From NCBI GenBank assembly GCA_038087875.1, contig CM075989.1, positions 14,572,001-14,636,000 of the forward strand: DNA of 64,000 nucleotides, given 5' to 3'. The stretch's first letter is position 1. Every line of letters starts with the position of its first letter. The DNA comes from Malacoraja senta. Taxonomy: Eukaryota. Made by a program: the position numbers and the translations under genes. This document shows, piece after piece, positions 26,701 through 37,968 of the stretch. Below the pieces are notes generated by a model. That model ran no database searches, was not told where the DNA came from, and saw only the letters and a list, made by a program, of their open reading frames with translations.

Positions 26701-28577
26701 CACACACAGGCACAAGCCTATTAGAGGGCACCAACATCTATGTAGACTCTGTCATCAGCAACATTCCTGTCAGTGGAGATTATCTGAGCAGCCTACGTGA
26801 GCACCTGAAGGCAGACAGCACATGCTCTGCACTGATGGAGTACTGCACAGACGGCTGGCCCGACAAAAGCCAACTGCAGGGAGTGCTGAGACATTACTGG
26901 GCTGATAGAGCAGTGCTGACTGTGCACGATGGGCTGCTGCTGCGGGGCACGAGGCTCGTCATCCCATCAGCCTTACAAGGTGATGTGCTGCAGAGACTAC
27001 ATGAGGGACACCTGGGGGTGACAAAGTGCAGGGGCCGGGCCAAACAGACGGTATGGTGGCCAGGACTCAGCAGCCAGCTGAATGACATGGTGCTGAAATG
27101 TAGAACCTGCATCCAAGAGAGAAGGAACGTCAAAGAGCCGCTGATGCCAATGGAGATGCCAGACAGGCCTTGGCAAACCTTGGGAGCTGACCTGTTCACG
27201 CTGAAACACAAGACGTATCTACTAGTAGTAGATTATTTCTCAAGGTATGTGGAAGTTGCGCTGCTGTCACCCACAAGGTCCACAGATGTGGTGGTGCACC
27301 TGAAATCCATGTTTTATCGTCATGGAATTGGGGAATTTCTTCAAAGTGACAATGGGCCCCAGTTCTCAGGTAGCCACTTTAAAGCCTTTGCAGCAGAGTA
27401 TGGCTTTGTACACATCACGAGCAGCCCCAAGTATCCTCAGAGCAATGGGGAGGCGGAACGCGCTGTATAAACCGTGAAAAACCTGCTAACAAAGGCATCA
27501 GACCCATATCTTGCATTGCTGGCCTACAGAGCAACCCCTCTACAGAACGGCTCTAGCCCGGCCGAGCTGTTGATGGGGCGCTGCCTCCGCACTACAGTTC
27601 CTGCCCTTCCAACCCTGCTGAATCCAGTTTTGCCTGACTACAACGCACTGGGGGCCAAAGAAAGGGAGAAGAGGAGAAACGACGCAAGATCCTTCGACAA
27701 GAGGCACAGAGCGAGAAACCTGGAGCCACTCGTACCTGGGGAGGATGTGTGGATCACCGATGCATGAGTCCAGGGCACAGTGCTATCTACACACAACACC
27801 CCATCGCTCTTATATCGTCCAGGTGCCTCAGGGCACACTGAGGAGGAACCGGCATCACTTGGTGCCGCTGCAGACCAACAGTGGGGTGGTCGACGCTGAT
27901 GAGCCACCGGTGGGGGAAGATTCACCTACACCAGAGCCAGCTCCACCAGTGACAACATCACCCAGCAGAGAGGGCCCCACCACAGAGACTGTGCAGACCA
28001 GGTGTGGGAGAGAGGTTAGAAACCGCAGAGACTTGATTGGTGAGTTATTGATTTGTTTTCTACAGTAAAAAAAAAGAGAGAGTGAAATGTGAGTGAAATT
28101 GTTCTGCTTTACTGGTTACATTTACCTGAAACCTGAGAGTTTAAGTATTGAAGAACAGCCTGCTAAAGTAATAGTTCACAGTATGGTAACGTGTAAGTTA
28201 TTTTATTTCTATTTTGCATGCTTGAAACAGGGACAGATCAGGGACAGGTCTTCCAGCAAAAGGGCAGAATAAACCCCGTAAGACCTGCAGAGACAAAGGT
28301 AGTCCACCCTTTGTTCTCAAAGAAAGGGAGATGTGGTATTATGGAATAATAGTGTAAGGAATGCCTTTATTTTGTAGTAACCGGAGGGTAGCGCTGCTGC
28401 CAGTGGTCAGGCTGCAGTGACGGCTTCCGGCCTGAAGTTGGGGCTGTGGGGGTAACCGGATGGACGTAGGGGCCGGGCCCGGGCATGCACACGAGGCTGC
28501 TGCTGTACAGAGTTGCTAAATAAAGACAGACTCCGATTACGTCGTTGTACGAGCCTCATTATAAGAATAACACGACA
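23787..28577 (+). mobile_element. Ty3/Gypsy LTR retrotransposon (Gypsy-A), full length
   Basis: LTRs TGTGG..CGACA at 23787-24011 and 28332-28577; PBS TGGTGTCAGAAACGGGAT (tRNA-Leu-like) 24012-24029; PPT AAAGAAAGGGAGA; PR-RT-RH-IN domain order. Confidence 0.97.
24108..27470 (+). CDS. Gypsy-A Gag-Pol polyprotein, truncated in integrase by a premature stop
   Basis: 1120 aa: two Cys/His knuckles (CYRCG..H..C, CHNCGKKGHYGKVC), protease DTGA, RT LPFG..HMDD, RNase H ADASS..EKEALA..ETDHKPL, integrase HEGH..C..C and D-D-E; TAA at 27468 is CAA in the second copy and homology continues to ~28040. Confidence 0.93.
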   Translation: MGHPTPTATFTIQPPETFDFTKPQEWEHWIRRFDRFRLASNLNATSEENQVNTFVYCMGDEAENVLKGLTLTADERKMYTDVKAGFDAFFVPKKNVIYERAKFNQRVQLPGETVDSFITALYGLAEHCNYGQLQNQLIRDRLVVGLRNVSLSEKLQLDRDLTLGTAITKTRQSEEVRRQRSDLRGENGGASKCSNVDAVHAKSYRKPKCPSKPQPQAQTPGKNKRNTRPQPGSKACYRCGKMPSHGKWECPAKDAVCHNCGKKGHYGKVCRNSAKSLNAVTTEEEESFFLGAVDAGKDPWTEQLQVRQKKVCFKIDTGADVTVMPAEVYHDITGGHDGKRLAVSTRPLFRPGVNALSVLGVARETLRRGKKTAIENISVVKDLHTALLGRPAIEQLQLVCRVDSITMESVKQQYPKLCSGLGLVLRPYSIKLKPEAVPFSLHTPRRVPLPLMGKVKEEIDRMEKMGVITKIEEPTDWCAGMVVVPKKEGDVRICVDFTMMNESVCREKFILPSVEHTLGMLAGATVFSKLDANMGFWQVPLTKESAKYTTFITPFGRYYFNRLPFGIASAPEHFQRMMVTEVTGGLEGVLCHMDDILVWGQTQEEHDVRLHAVLEKAQKAGITLNMDKCELTRHTVGFLGHVISADGVKPDPEKTRAVEEMDAPKNVSELRSFLGMVNQLGRFLPNLAEKDKVLRDLLSKKNHWHWGTEQQAAFDQLNTELSSTPVLTFYNPNSALKISADASSFGLGAVLLQKSDAMWSPVAYASRSMTPTEQRYAQVEKEALAATWACERFSCFILGRPFELETDHKPLVSLLGRKALDDLPPRIQRFRMRLMRYNYTVNHVPGKSLWTADTLSRAPLRAARAHTGTSLLEGTNIYVDSVISNIPVSGDYLSSLREHLKADSTCSALMEYCTDGWPDKSQLQGVLRHYWADRAVLTVHDGLLLRGTRLVIPSALQGDVLQRLHEGHLGVTKCRGRAKQTVWWPGLSSQLNDMVLKCRTCIQERRNVKEPLMPMEMPDRPWQTLGADLFTLKHKTYLLVVDYFSRYVEVALLSPTRSTDVVVHLKSMFYRHGIGEFLQSDNGPQFSGSHFKAFAAEYGFVHITSSPKYPQSNGEAERAV

Positions 28578-28749
28578 CTCAGCGGGTGAGGCAGCATCTA
28601 TGGAGCGAAGGAATAGGCGACGTTTCGGGTCGAGACCCTTCTTCAGACTGAAGAATAGACAATAGGTGCAGTAGGCCGTTCGCCCCTTCGAGCTAGCACC
28701 GCCATTCAATGTGATCATGGCTGATCATCCACAATCAGTACCCCGTTCC

Positions 28750-31625
28750 TGTAATGTTTGACGGACAATAATTACCGATCCAGTAAGTCGGCTTTTAAGA
28801 TGGCTGCCGACTGATTCCCCGAAAACATCCATATAGGGGCAGAGCCCTCTAGTGGTGACTGTAAGGACAGTCTTCTAGACACAATGTATTTTCCCCTCCT
28901 TGTAAATGAAGGCGATCATTTAAGTCCAGTTATCAAATCAAATATAAGTCCATATAAAATCAGTCCAACGTCCTTTCAAATTTCATGTCCTCTATTAATA
29001 AACGGATGTCCAAAAAAATAACTGCTCAGTGAATATAACGGTTTCTGGCTTCACAGCTGAAAATCTTGCAGATACTGAGGTCTCTTCTGTTGCTGAGAGC
29101 GTGGAGCGGGATTTGGCTGCTCTGCTGCAAGCGACCGCGATCGCTGTCATGACTGGATATCAGGAAAGGAAAAGCATCCGGTTCGTCTTCTTCCTGTCTC
29201 TGTCTGCTTGCGATAAGACGTCTCGCGTTCCCTCTGGTGTTATCGTGGAGGAGGTACGCGTTCTCACCGAGTCTCCCTTTGATCTGTATCGGCTTTGAGA
29301 GTGCGCTTGCGAGCTTACGCTGTCTGTTGGGGGGCTGATTCGTACCCAGTCGCCGACCTTGAACCGCGGCGCTCGCTTGTACTCTGCGTTTGGCATCAAC
29401 GTACGTTTTCCCTTTCACTTGTCTGTGTGATATCGTTTCCGCCCTCGCGTTTGTGTCTGTATTTGTGCGCGATGGTGGTTGAAGAGCATTCAGTTTCGTT
29501 CGCAGCTTTCACCCTGTCATCAACTCTGCTGGCGTTTTCCCAGTCAGCGTGTGCGGTGTGGATCTGTAGGATCGGAGGAGGATATGGATTGACTGTTCAA
29601 ATGTTTTCCCCTCCGACATGCTCGCTTTTACGCTTTCTTTGATCACGTGATTGAATCGTTCAACCCCGCCGTTCGATTGGGGGTTGTATGTCGACGTCCG
29701 CTGATGTTGAATGTCATAACTCGCGAGGAAGGTGGAGAACTGTTCAGATATGAACTGTGGGCCTTTGTCTGTCGTTATGACCTCCGACAGTCCCCACTTG
29801 GTGAACAGCTTTTCGAGAATCACGATGATCAAGCTTGTCGTGACTGAAGAAGTAGTTGCGATCTCAGGCCACTTGCTGTGGAGATCATGTACAACAAGTA
29901 GAAACCGCTGGCTTCTTGGCGCAGCTTACACCTCTCCGAAGATGTCGAGTTGCAAGTGCCTCCATGGTTTGTCCAGCCATGGGATTGGCTAAAGAGGGGC
30001 AGGACATGGTTTTGTTGCTTTCTCACTAATTCTGCAAGCTTCACAATCTTTAATGAAATCTTCTACGCGACGATCTATTGCTGGCCACCCCACTGCCTCG
30101 CGACACCGTTGTTTCATCTTAACAACGCCAGGGTGTCCTTCGTGTGCCAGTTGTAACATGCGGTGTTGCAGTGATTTGGGTATAACCACTCGAGTTCCAC
30201 GCGTGACACACGTATCGTCAAACACAGCCAGTTCTTGGCGTACCCGGTGGTACGGAACATAGATACATAGATACATAGAAAATAGGTGCAGGAGTAGGCC
30301 ATTCGGCCCTTGGAGCCTGCACCGCCATTCAATATGATCATGGCTGATCATCCAACTCAGTATCCCATACCTGCCTTCTCTCCATACCCCCTGATCCCTT
30401 TAGCCACAAGGGCCACATCTAACTCCCTCTTAAATATAGCCAATGAACTGGCCTCAACTACCCTCTGTGGCAGAGAGTTCCAGACATTCACCACTCTCTG
30501 TGTGAAAACGTTTTTCCTCATCTCGGTCTTAAAGGATTTCCCCCTTATCCTTAAGCTGTGACCCCTTGTCCTGGACTTCCCCAACATCGGGAACAATCTT
30601 CCTGCATCTAGCCTGTCCAACCCCATCTCCTCTGCTATCTCCTTGGGCCAGTCTGTCCTGAGATACTGGCAGATGATTTGCAGTGTGCCTGCCGTCAGCT
30701 GTCGATTCTTCCTTTCTGCTCTCCCCGCGTTACTAGATTTGCCGTCATGTGCAAAATCACGATGTCGCTTGAAGTGTCGCTATCGTGTGTGTGTGTGTGT
30801 GTGCGTGCCACCGTTGGGACGTGACTGAGCATGTCTGCGATACGATTGTGTGAACCTGCGAGGTATTCGATTTCGAAGTTGTACTGATTAAGGCGATCGG
30901 ACCATCTGTAGATCCGGAGCGGACGATGTCCTGAGCCTGACGTATCCAGTAACGTAGTTAGCGCTTGGTGATCCGCACGGAGAGTGAATGGTCTCCCATA
31001 TAGGTATAGGTGTCAGTGTTCACACGTGTAGATGCACGCTAATGCTTCGCGTTCCCCGGTGGAGTACTTACGTTCAATTGTAGTCAAGGGACGGGACGCG
31101 AATGCGATCAGTCGTTCACTTCCATCGATGCCCTGAGATAACACCGCTCCGATCGCGATACTGGAAGGGTCTGGGGTGGCGTACGTTTCAGCACTTGTAT
31201 CAAAGTGCACGAGAACAGGCGGAGATGCTATTTTGTCTTTCAGCGTGTTGAACGCAATGTCCTGCCCGCTTGTCCATTCCCACTGTGTGTCTTTCTGTAG
31301 CAGCTTCCGTAGCGGTTCTGCGATCTGCGCGTACTGCGGCACAAACTTGCGGTAGTAGTTGGTGGTGCCCAGTAATGAAGCTAAGTCTTTCGTGTTAGTT
31401 GGGGTGGGGAGCACATTGATGGCTTGGACATTGTCCTGAGAAGGCTCAACTCCAGTCGCTGTCACTCTGTACCCGAGAAAATCGCTGTCGGATGCTGCAA
31501 ATGAACACTTTGCTGCGTTGAGCATCACGTTGTGGTGCACGAGACGAGCTAACGCTGCATCCAGTCGTCGATCGTGTTCCTCCTTGTCCCTTCCATGGAC
31601 CACGACATCGTCGAGGAGGTTGAGT
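28750..31625 (-). mobile_element. Degenerate Ty3/Gypsy element (Gypsy-B): RT C-half, RNase H, integrase, PPT, 3' LTR (28750-28886)
   Basis: LLDDVVVHG..AKCSF..FLGY..PTPTN, FASRPLT..ERKYSTGEREALAC, AHEGHPGVVKMK..WP..CEAC, TDKGPQF..YNPQSNGGVERFN; several frameshifts and stops. Confidence 0.9.
30256..30625 (-). mobile_element. CR1 3' fragment nested in Gypsy-B
   Basis: ORF 30357-30626 nearly identical to the CR1 at 19700-20070; interrupts Gypsy-B between EEM and VPYH. Confidence 0.9.
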
Positions 31626-31971
31626 GTCTGAGAAGGAGAGAGAGAGAGAGAGAGAGAGAGAGGGGAAGGAGAAAGGGGGGAAAGGATGGTGTGAATGTGA
31701 GAGAGTGAGGAGGGAGATAGAGAGTTATAGAATAATACAGTGTGGAAACGGGCCCTTTGGTCCAACTCGCCCACACCGGCCAACAATGTCCCAGCTACCC
31801 TCATCCCACTTGCCTGCGCTTGGTCCAGAACCTTCCAAACCTGTCCTAACGATGGGATAGTCCCAGCCTCAACTACCTCGTGTGGCAACTTGTTCCAAAA
31901 ACCCACCACCCTCTGTGTGAAAAAGTTACCCCTCGGATTCCTATTCAATCTTTTCCCCTTCACCTTGAATC

Positions 31972-32642
31972 CAGTGCATTCAGAAAGTATTCCGACCCCT
32001 TCACTTTTTCCACATTTTGTTACATTACAGCCTTATTCTAAAATTGATTAAAACATTTTTTTTACCACCAATCTACACACAATACCCCATAATATAAAAG
32101 CGAAAACAGGTGTTTAGAAATTTTTGCAAAGTAATTAAAAATAAATAACTGAAATATCACATTGACATAAGTATTCAGACCCATTACTCAGTACTTTGTT
32201 GAGGCACCTTTGGCAGCGATTTGCAGAACAACAGACAGCCAACCATGTCATCTCTGGGTGCCCGCTCTACCACCCACCAAATGGAGCTCAGCGCCTGGCA
32301 GACATTAACGCCAACAGAGACAACAACCTGGCTGCTCAACACCCGACGTGAGATCTAACTATTCCTTTGGTTTATGTTTCATTCGCAAGAAGAAGAAGAA
32401 GGCAGCGATTACAGTCTCGTCTTCTTGAGTAAAGAGTCTGAATGTCAATGTGATATTTCAGTTCTTTCTCTTTAATTACTTTGCAAACATTTCTAAGCAC
32501 CTGCTTTCGCTTTTCTATTATGGGGTATTGTGTGTAAATTGATGATTAAAAAAAAAAAGAATTGAATCCATTTTAGAATAAGGCTGTAACGTAACAAAAT
32601 GTGGAAAAAGTGAAGGGGGCTGAATACTTTCTGAATGCACTG
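31972..32642. mobile_element. Non-autonomous Tc1-like transposon with long TIRs
   Basis: CAGTGCATTCAGAAAGTATTC..GAATACTTTCTGAATGCACTG termini, ~200-bp imperfect TIRs, internal repeat AAGTATTCAGACCC at ~32170. Confidence 0.88.
32222..32400 (+). mobile_element. LINE 3' end (Ingi/Vingi-like) nested in the Tc1 element
   Basis: 10-bp TSD GGCAGCGATT (32212-32221 and 32401-32410), (GAA)n tail, encodes AEQQTANHVISGCPLYHPPNG..WLLNT stop. Confidence 0.7.
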
Positions 32643-32810
32643 GATGTCCTCTGGTCCTCGATTCCCCTACTCTGGGTAAAAGACTGTGCATCTACCTGAT
32701 CTATTCCTCTCATGAGTTTGTACACCTCTATAAGATCTCCCACATCCTCCTGTGCTCCAGGAATAGAGACCCAGCCTACTCATCCTCTCCCTATAGCTCA
32801 CACCCTCTAG

Positions 32811-33850
32811 TAGCAATGTTACAAAATTTTGAGATTTTAAAAATAAAGTCTGCAATTTATCCCATCAGATAAAGCATAGAAAGAAGTTTAATTTGACACC
32901 TAATTCACTTTCATATCTTCAGTATTAAAGAAGTTATGGCCATTTTCATACTCGGAAATTAGCATCTTGTTCCCTATTGCTTTTCCATTGACTTAACACA
33001 AAAGCTGTGATCGAGGACAGTTAAAAGCCCATAACTTTCTTAAAAATTAAGAGAACTGAAAGAAATTTTCAGTTATTATAGATTGAAGCATTCTGAAACA
33101 AATATGAAACAATCTTACTTAGAAGACATGGAAGTAAAGCATATAATTAGTTAGTTACCTAATTGTAGCTAAATACAAAATTCAATTACTAGATCTAAAC
33201 ATCTATCAATTTCTTAAGAATAGATTAACATTTTTAAATAGCCTAAGTGTCCAAATAACATTCACACAATAATTTACAATATAACATAATTTTTAAATCT
33301 CATTTTCATGAATTTACAGGCCAAATGGAAGGAATTGAATGTTTAATACCTGTAAATTAATGGGCATTTAAATCATCTTGTGAGTGAGGATTTCTGGAAC
33401 GCGATCTTTTGGAACGTTCATTTGCGGTGAATTTAACCCCGTATTGGCATGAAAAATACTGCCGTTAGTTCGGGGAATAAAATCACTGTGTCGCATGAAA
33501 AAATGTGAATTAAAGGCTTCTTAAGAAGCACTTTTATACATTTAAAGAAACCACTTTCGTTTACCTGTCCCGTGTGTGAAATCCATCCCCGTTATCGGCG
33601 TTGACGCTTCAGGAGCTGCTTTTAAAATTACTCCAGCGCTGACATTGACGATTTAATAAAAATAAAAAATTCACTAAACGCCACTAGGAACGATTTGTCA
33701 GCAAAAGGTTGTACTCCAACGAAATATAATTCAGGACAAGGGAGGAGAAACCACGTTTTAACCCCGCCCCCCCTTAAAGGCGCAAAAATCGCGCACACGG
33801 CCAGTGGCAGAATTACAGCGCGACTGAAGGTAAGTTTTGTAACATACCTA
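32811..33850. mobile_element. Non-autonomous hAT-like DNA transposon (1040 bp)
   Basis: Imperfect TIRs TAGCAATGTTACAAAA / TTTTGTAACATACCTA; CCTCTAG duplicated on both sides; cleanly interrupts the CR1. Confidence 0.8.
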
Positions 33851-34431
33851 CCTCTAGTCCTGGCAACATCCTCGTAAATCTTTTCTGAACCCTTTCAAGC
33901 TTGATAATATCTTTCCTATAACATGTTGCCCAGAACTGAACACAATATTCTAAATGCGGTCTCATCAACGTCTTATACAACTGCAACATGACCTCCCAAC
34001 TTCTTTACTCAGTACTCTGACTGATGAAGGCGAAAGTGCCAAAAGCCTTTTTGACCACGTTATCTATCTGTGACTCGTCCTTCAAGGAACCATGCACCTG
34101 TACTCCTAGATCCCTCTGCTCGAGTACACCACCCAGACGCCTACCATTTACTGTGTAGGTCCTGCCCTTGTTCGACGTCCCAAAATGCAACTCCTCACAC
34201 TTTCCTGTATTAAACTCCATTCCTACACTTTGTCGGTGTGGCGCCACCTTGTGGCAGCGGCTCGACTGCAGTCTGTCTGTCTTTTCTTTCTTTTTGTCCT
34301 GTTAGGTTTATGTTTTTGGTTTTAGTTTTATTTTATTTGTAGCTGTGTATATGTGGGGGGGGAGGGGGGGACTTCTTAATCTCTTCCCTGTTCGGGGACG
34401 CAACCTTTTCCCTGTCGTGTGTCCGTTATCG

Positions 34432-34631
34432 NNNNNNNNNNNNNNNNNNNNNNNNNNNNNNNNNNNNNNNNNNNNNNNNNNNNNNNNNNNNNNNNNNNNN
34501 NNNNNNNNNNNNNNNNNNNNNNNNNNNNNNNNNNNNNNNNNNNNNNNNNNNNNNNNNNNNNNNNNNNNNNNNNNNNNNNNNNNNNNNNNNNNNNNNNNNN
34601 NNNNNNNNNNNNNNNNNNNNNNNNNNNNNNN
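34432..34631. other. Assembly gap (200 N)
   Basis: Run of N. Confidence 1.
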
Positions 34632-36453
34632 CACACGTACACACACGCACGCACACGTACACACACGTACACACACGCACAGCACACGTACACACACGTA
34701 CACACACGTACACACACGTACACACACGTGCACACGTACACACACGTACACACACGCACGCACACGTACACACACGTACACACACGCACGCACACGTACA
34801 CACACGTACACACACGTACACACACGCACGCACACGTACACACACGTACACACACGTACACACACGTACACACACGTACACACACGCACGCACACGTACA
34901 CACACGTACACACACGCACGCACACGTACACACACGTACACACACGCACGCACACGTACACACACGTACACACACGTACACACACGTACACACACGCACG
35001 CACACGTACACACACGTACACACACGTACACACACGTACACACACGCACGCACACGTACACACACGTACACACACGTACACACACGTACACACACGCACG
35101 CACACGTACACACACGTACACACACGTACACACACGTACACACACGCACGCACACGTACACACACGTACACACACGTACACACACGTACACACAACACAC
35201 GCACGCACACGTACACACACGTACACACACGTACACACACGTACACACACGCACGCACACGTACACACACGTACACACCACACGTACACACACGTACACA
35301 CACGTACACACACGTACACACACGCGCACACACGTACACACACACGCACGCACACGTACACACACGTACACACACGTACACACACACACACACACACACA
35401 CTACACACACTCACACACACACACACACGTACACACACACGTACACACACGTACACACACACACACACGTACACACACACACACACGTACACACACACAC
35501 GTACACACACGTACACACACGTACACACACACGTACACACACGTACACACACGCACGCACACGTACACACACGTACACACACACGTACACACACGTACAC
35601 ACACGTCACACACGCACGCACACGTACACACACGTACACACACGTACACACACACACGTACACACACGTACACACACGACACACGTACACACACGTACAC
35701 ACACACACACAGCACGCACACGTACACACACGCACGCACACGTACACACACGTACACACACGTACACACACGTACACACACATGTACACACACGTACACA
35801 CACGCACGCACACGTACACACACGTACACACACGCACGCACACGTACACACACGTACACACACGTACACACACGACGCACACGTACACACACGTACACAC
35901 ACGTACACACACGTACACACACGTACACACACGCACGCACACGTACACACACGTACACACACGCACGCACACGTACACACACGTACACACACGCACGCAC
36001 ACGTACACACACGTACACACACGTACACACACGTACACACACGCACGCACACGTACACACACGTACACACACGTACACACACGTACACACACGCACGCAC
36101 ACGTACACACACGTACACACACGTACACACACGTACACACACGTACACACACGCACGCACACGTACACACACGTACACACACGTACACACACGTACACAC
36201 ACGCACGCAACGTACACACGTACACACACGTACACACACGTACACACACGTACACACACGCACGCACACGTACACACACGTACACACCTACACACACGTA
36301 CACACACGCACGCACACGTACACACACGTACACACACGCACGCACACGTACACACACGTACACACACGTACACACACGGCATACACGTACACACACACGC
36401 ACGCACACGTACACACACGTACACACACGTACACACACACACACACACACACA

Positions 36454-36488
<35 letters not shown>

Positions 36489-37195
36489 ACACACACGTAC
36501 ACACACGTACACACACGTACACACACACACACGTACACACACACACACACACACGTACACACACACACGTACACACACGTAACACGTACACACACACGTA
36601 CACACACGCACACACACGCACGCACACGTACACACACGTACACACACACGTACACACACGTACACACACGTACACACACGCACGCACACGTACACACACG
36701 TACACACACGTACACACACACACACACGTACACACACACACACACACACGTACACACGTACACACACGTACACACACACACACACCACGCACACGTACAC
36801 ATACGTAAACACACGTACACACACACACACACGTACACACACACACACGTACACACACACACACACACACACACGTACACACACGTACACACACACACAC
36901 ACACACACACACGTACACACACACACAACACACACACGTACACACACGCGTGTACACGTACATACACGCACACACACACGCACACACGTACACACACGTA
37001 CACACGTACACACACGTACACACACACACACACACAACGTACACAGACGTACACACACGCGCGTACACGTACACATACGTACATACACGTACACACACGT
37101 ACACACACACGCACACACACACACACACACACACGTACACACACACACACACACACACGTACACATACGGACATACACGTACACACACGTACGCA
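34632..37195. repeat. Compound (CA)-derived microsatellite, mostly (ACACACACGT)n with ACGC variants, >2.5 kb
   Basis: Directly visible; accounts for the HT/CV-rich ORFs. Confidence 0.98.
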
Positions 37196-37199
37196 CGAC

Positions 37200-37702
37200 T
37201 GTTTCAGGATGACCCTCCTGACTGCCCCGGTTTATCGGGATGCATCACAGCACGGTTTGGGAACAGCTCCATCCCAGACCCGCATGAAATCCCAAGTTGT
37301 GGACGCAGCCCAGACCATCACACACACAAACCAACTACCCTTCAATCGACTCCATCTACACCTCACGCTGCCTCGGCAAGGCCAGCAGATTAATCAAGGA
37401 CAAGTCTCACCCCAGTCACTCCGTCTTCCCCCTCCCCATCGGGCAAGAGGTAAAGTGTGAAGGGGCAGTTTCTTTCCGGCTGTTATCAGGCAACTGAACC
37501 GTCCTCTCACCAACTGGAGAGCGGGCCTGACCTCCCATCATTGGAAACCCTCGGACTATCTTTTATCGTACACTGTGGACGGCTCGATTGTCCGAGGGTC
37601 TCCAATGTATAGTCTTTCCGCTGACTGGATAGCTCGCAACAAAAAAGCTTTTCACTGTATCTCGATACACGTGGCAAGAAACTAAACGAAACTCGCTAAA
37701 CT
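37200..37702 (+). mobile_element. Rex1/Babar-like LINE 3' end
   Basis: Frameshifted VVDAAQTIT..PSIDSIYTSRCLGKASRLIKDKSHPSHSVF.PLP C-terminus, 3' UTR and AAACT-type tail. Confidence 0.6.
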
Positions 37703-37968
37703 AAAATGGCTGCTGTTACGGTGGAATTAAAATGGCCAACACCACAGGGTGCATAAAATGGCCGCCACATGACTGCAGAGTTAAAATGGCCGCCGTCACA
37801 ATGAAGTTAATATGGCTGACATCACACAAGGTTAAAATGGCTGCTGGTAGGTGGGCGTAAAATGGCTGTCGGTTGAGTAAACATAAAAGGAGTGGCGGCC
37901 ATTTTAGTGTGACAGGGTGTGCGACCATTTTCGCGTGAGAGAGGGAGGGAGAGATGGGACAGACTCAC

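Larger units (their letters stand above)
31720..34220 (-). mobile_element. CR1 LINE carrying two nested DNA transposons
   Basis: CR1 segments 31720-31971, 32643-32810 and 33851-34220 are collinear (MEFNTGKCEELHFG..DLGVQVH..; NFFTQRVVGFWNKLP). Confidence 0.85.

Noticed and set aside
22682..29079. 500-bp inverted repeats around Gypsy-A as TIRs of a large DNA transposon
   Set aside because: They consist of Gypsy-B 3' end plus CR1 and PLE tails, a third copy occurs at 63827-64000, and the inversion explains them.
34308..37460. Very long ORFs (up to 1013 aa) rich in HT or CV
   Set aside because: Translations of the CA/CGTA microsatellite and the N gap; no coding signal.
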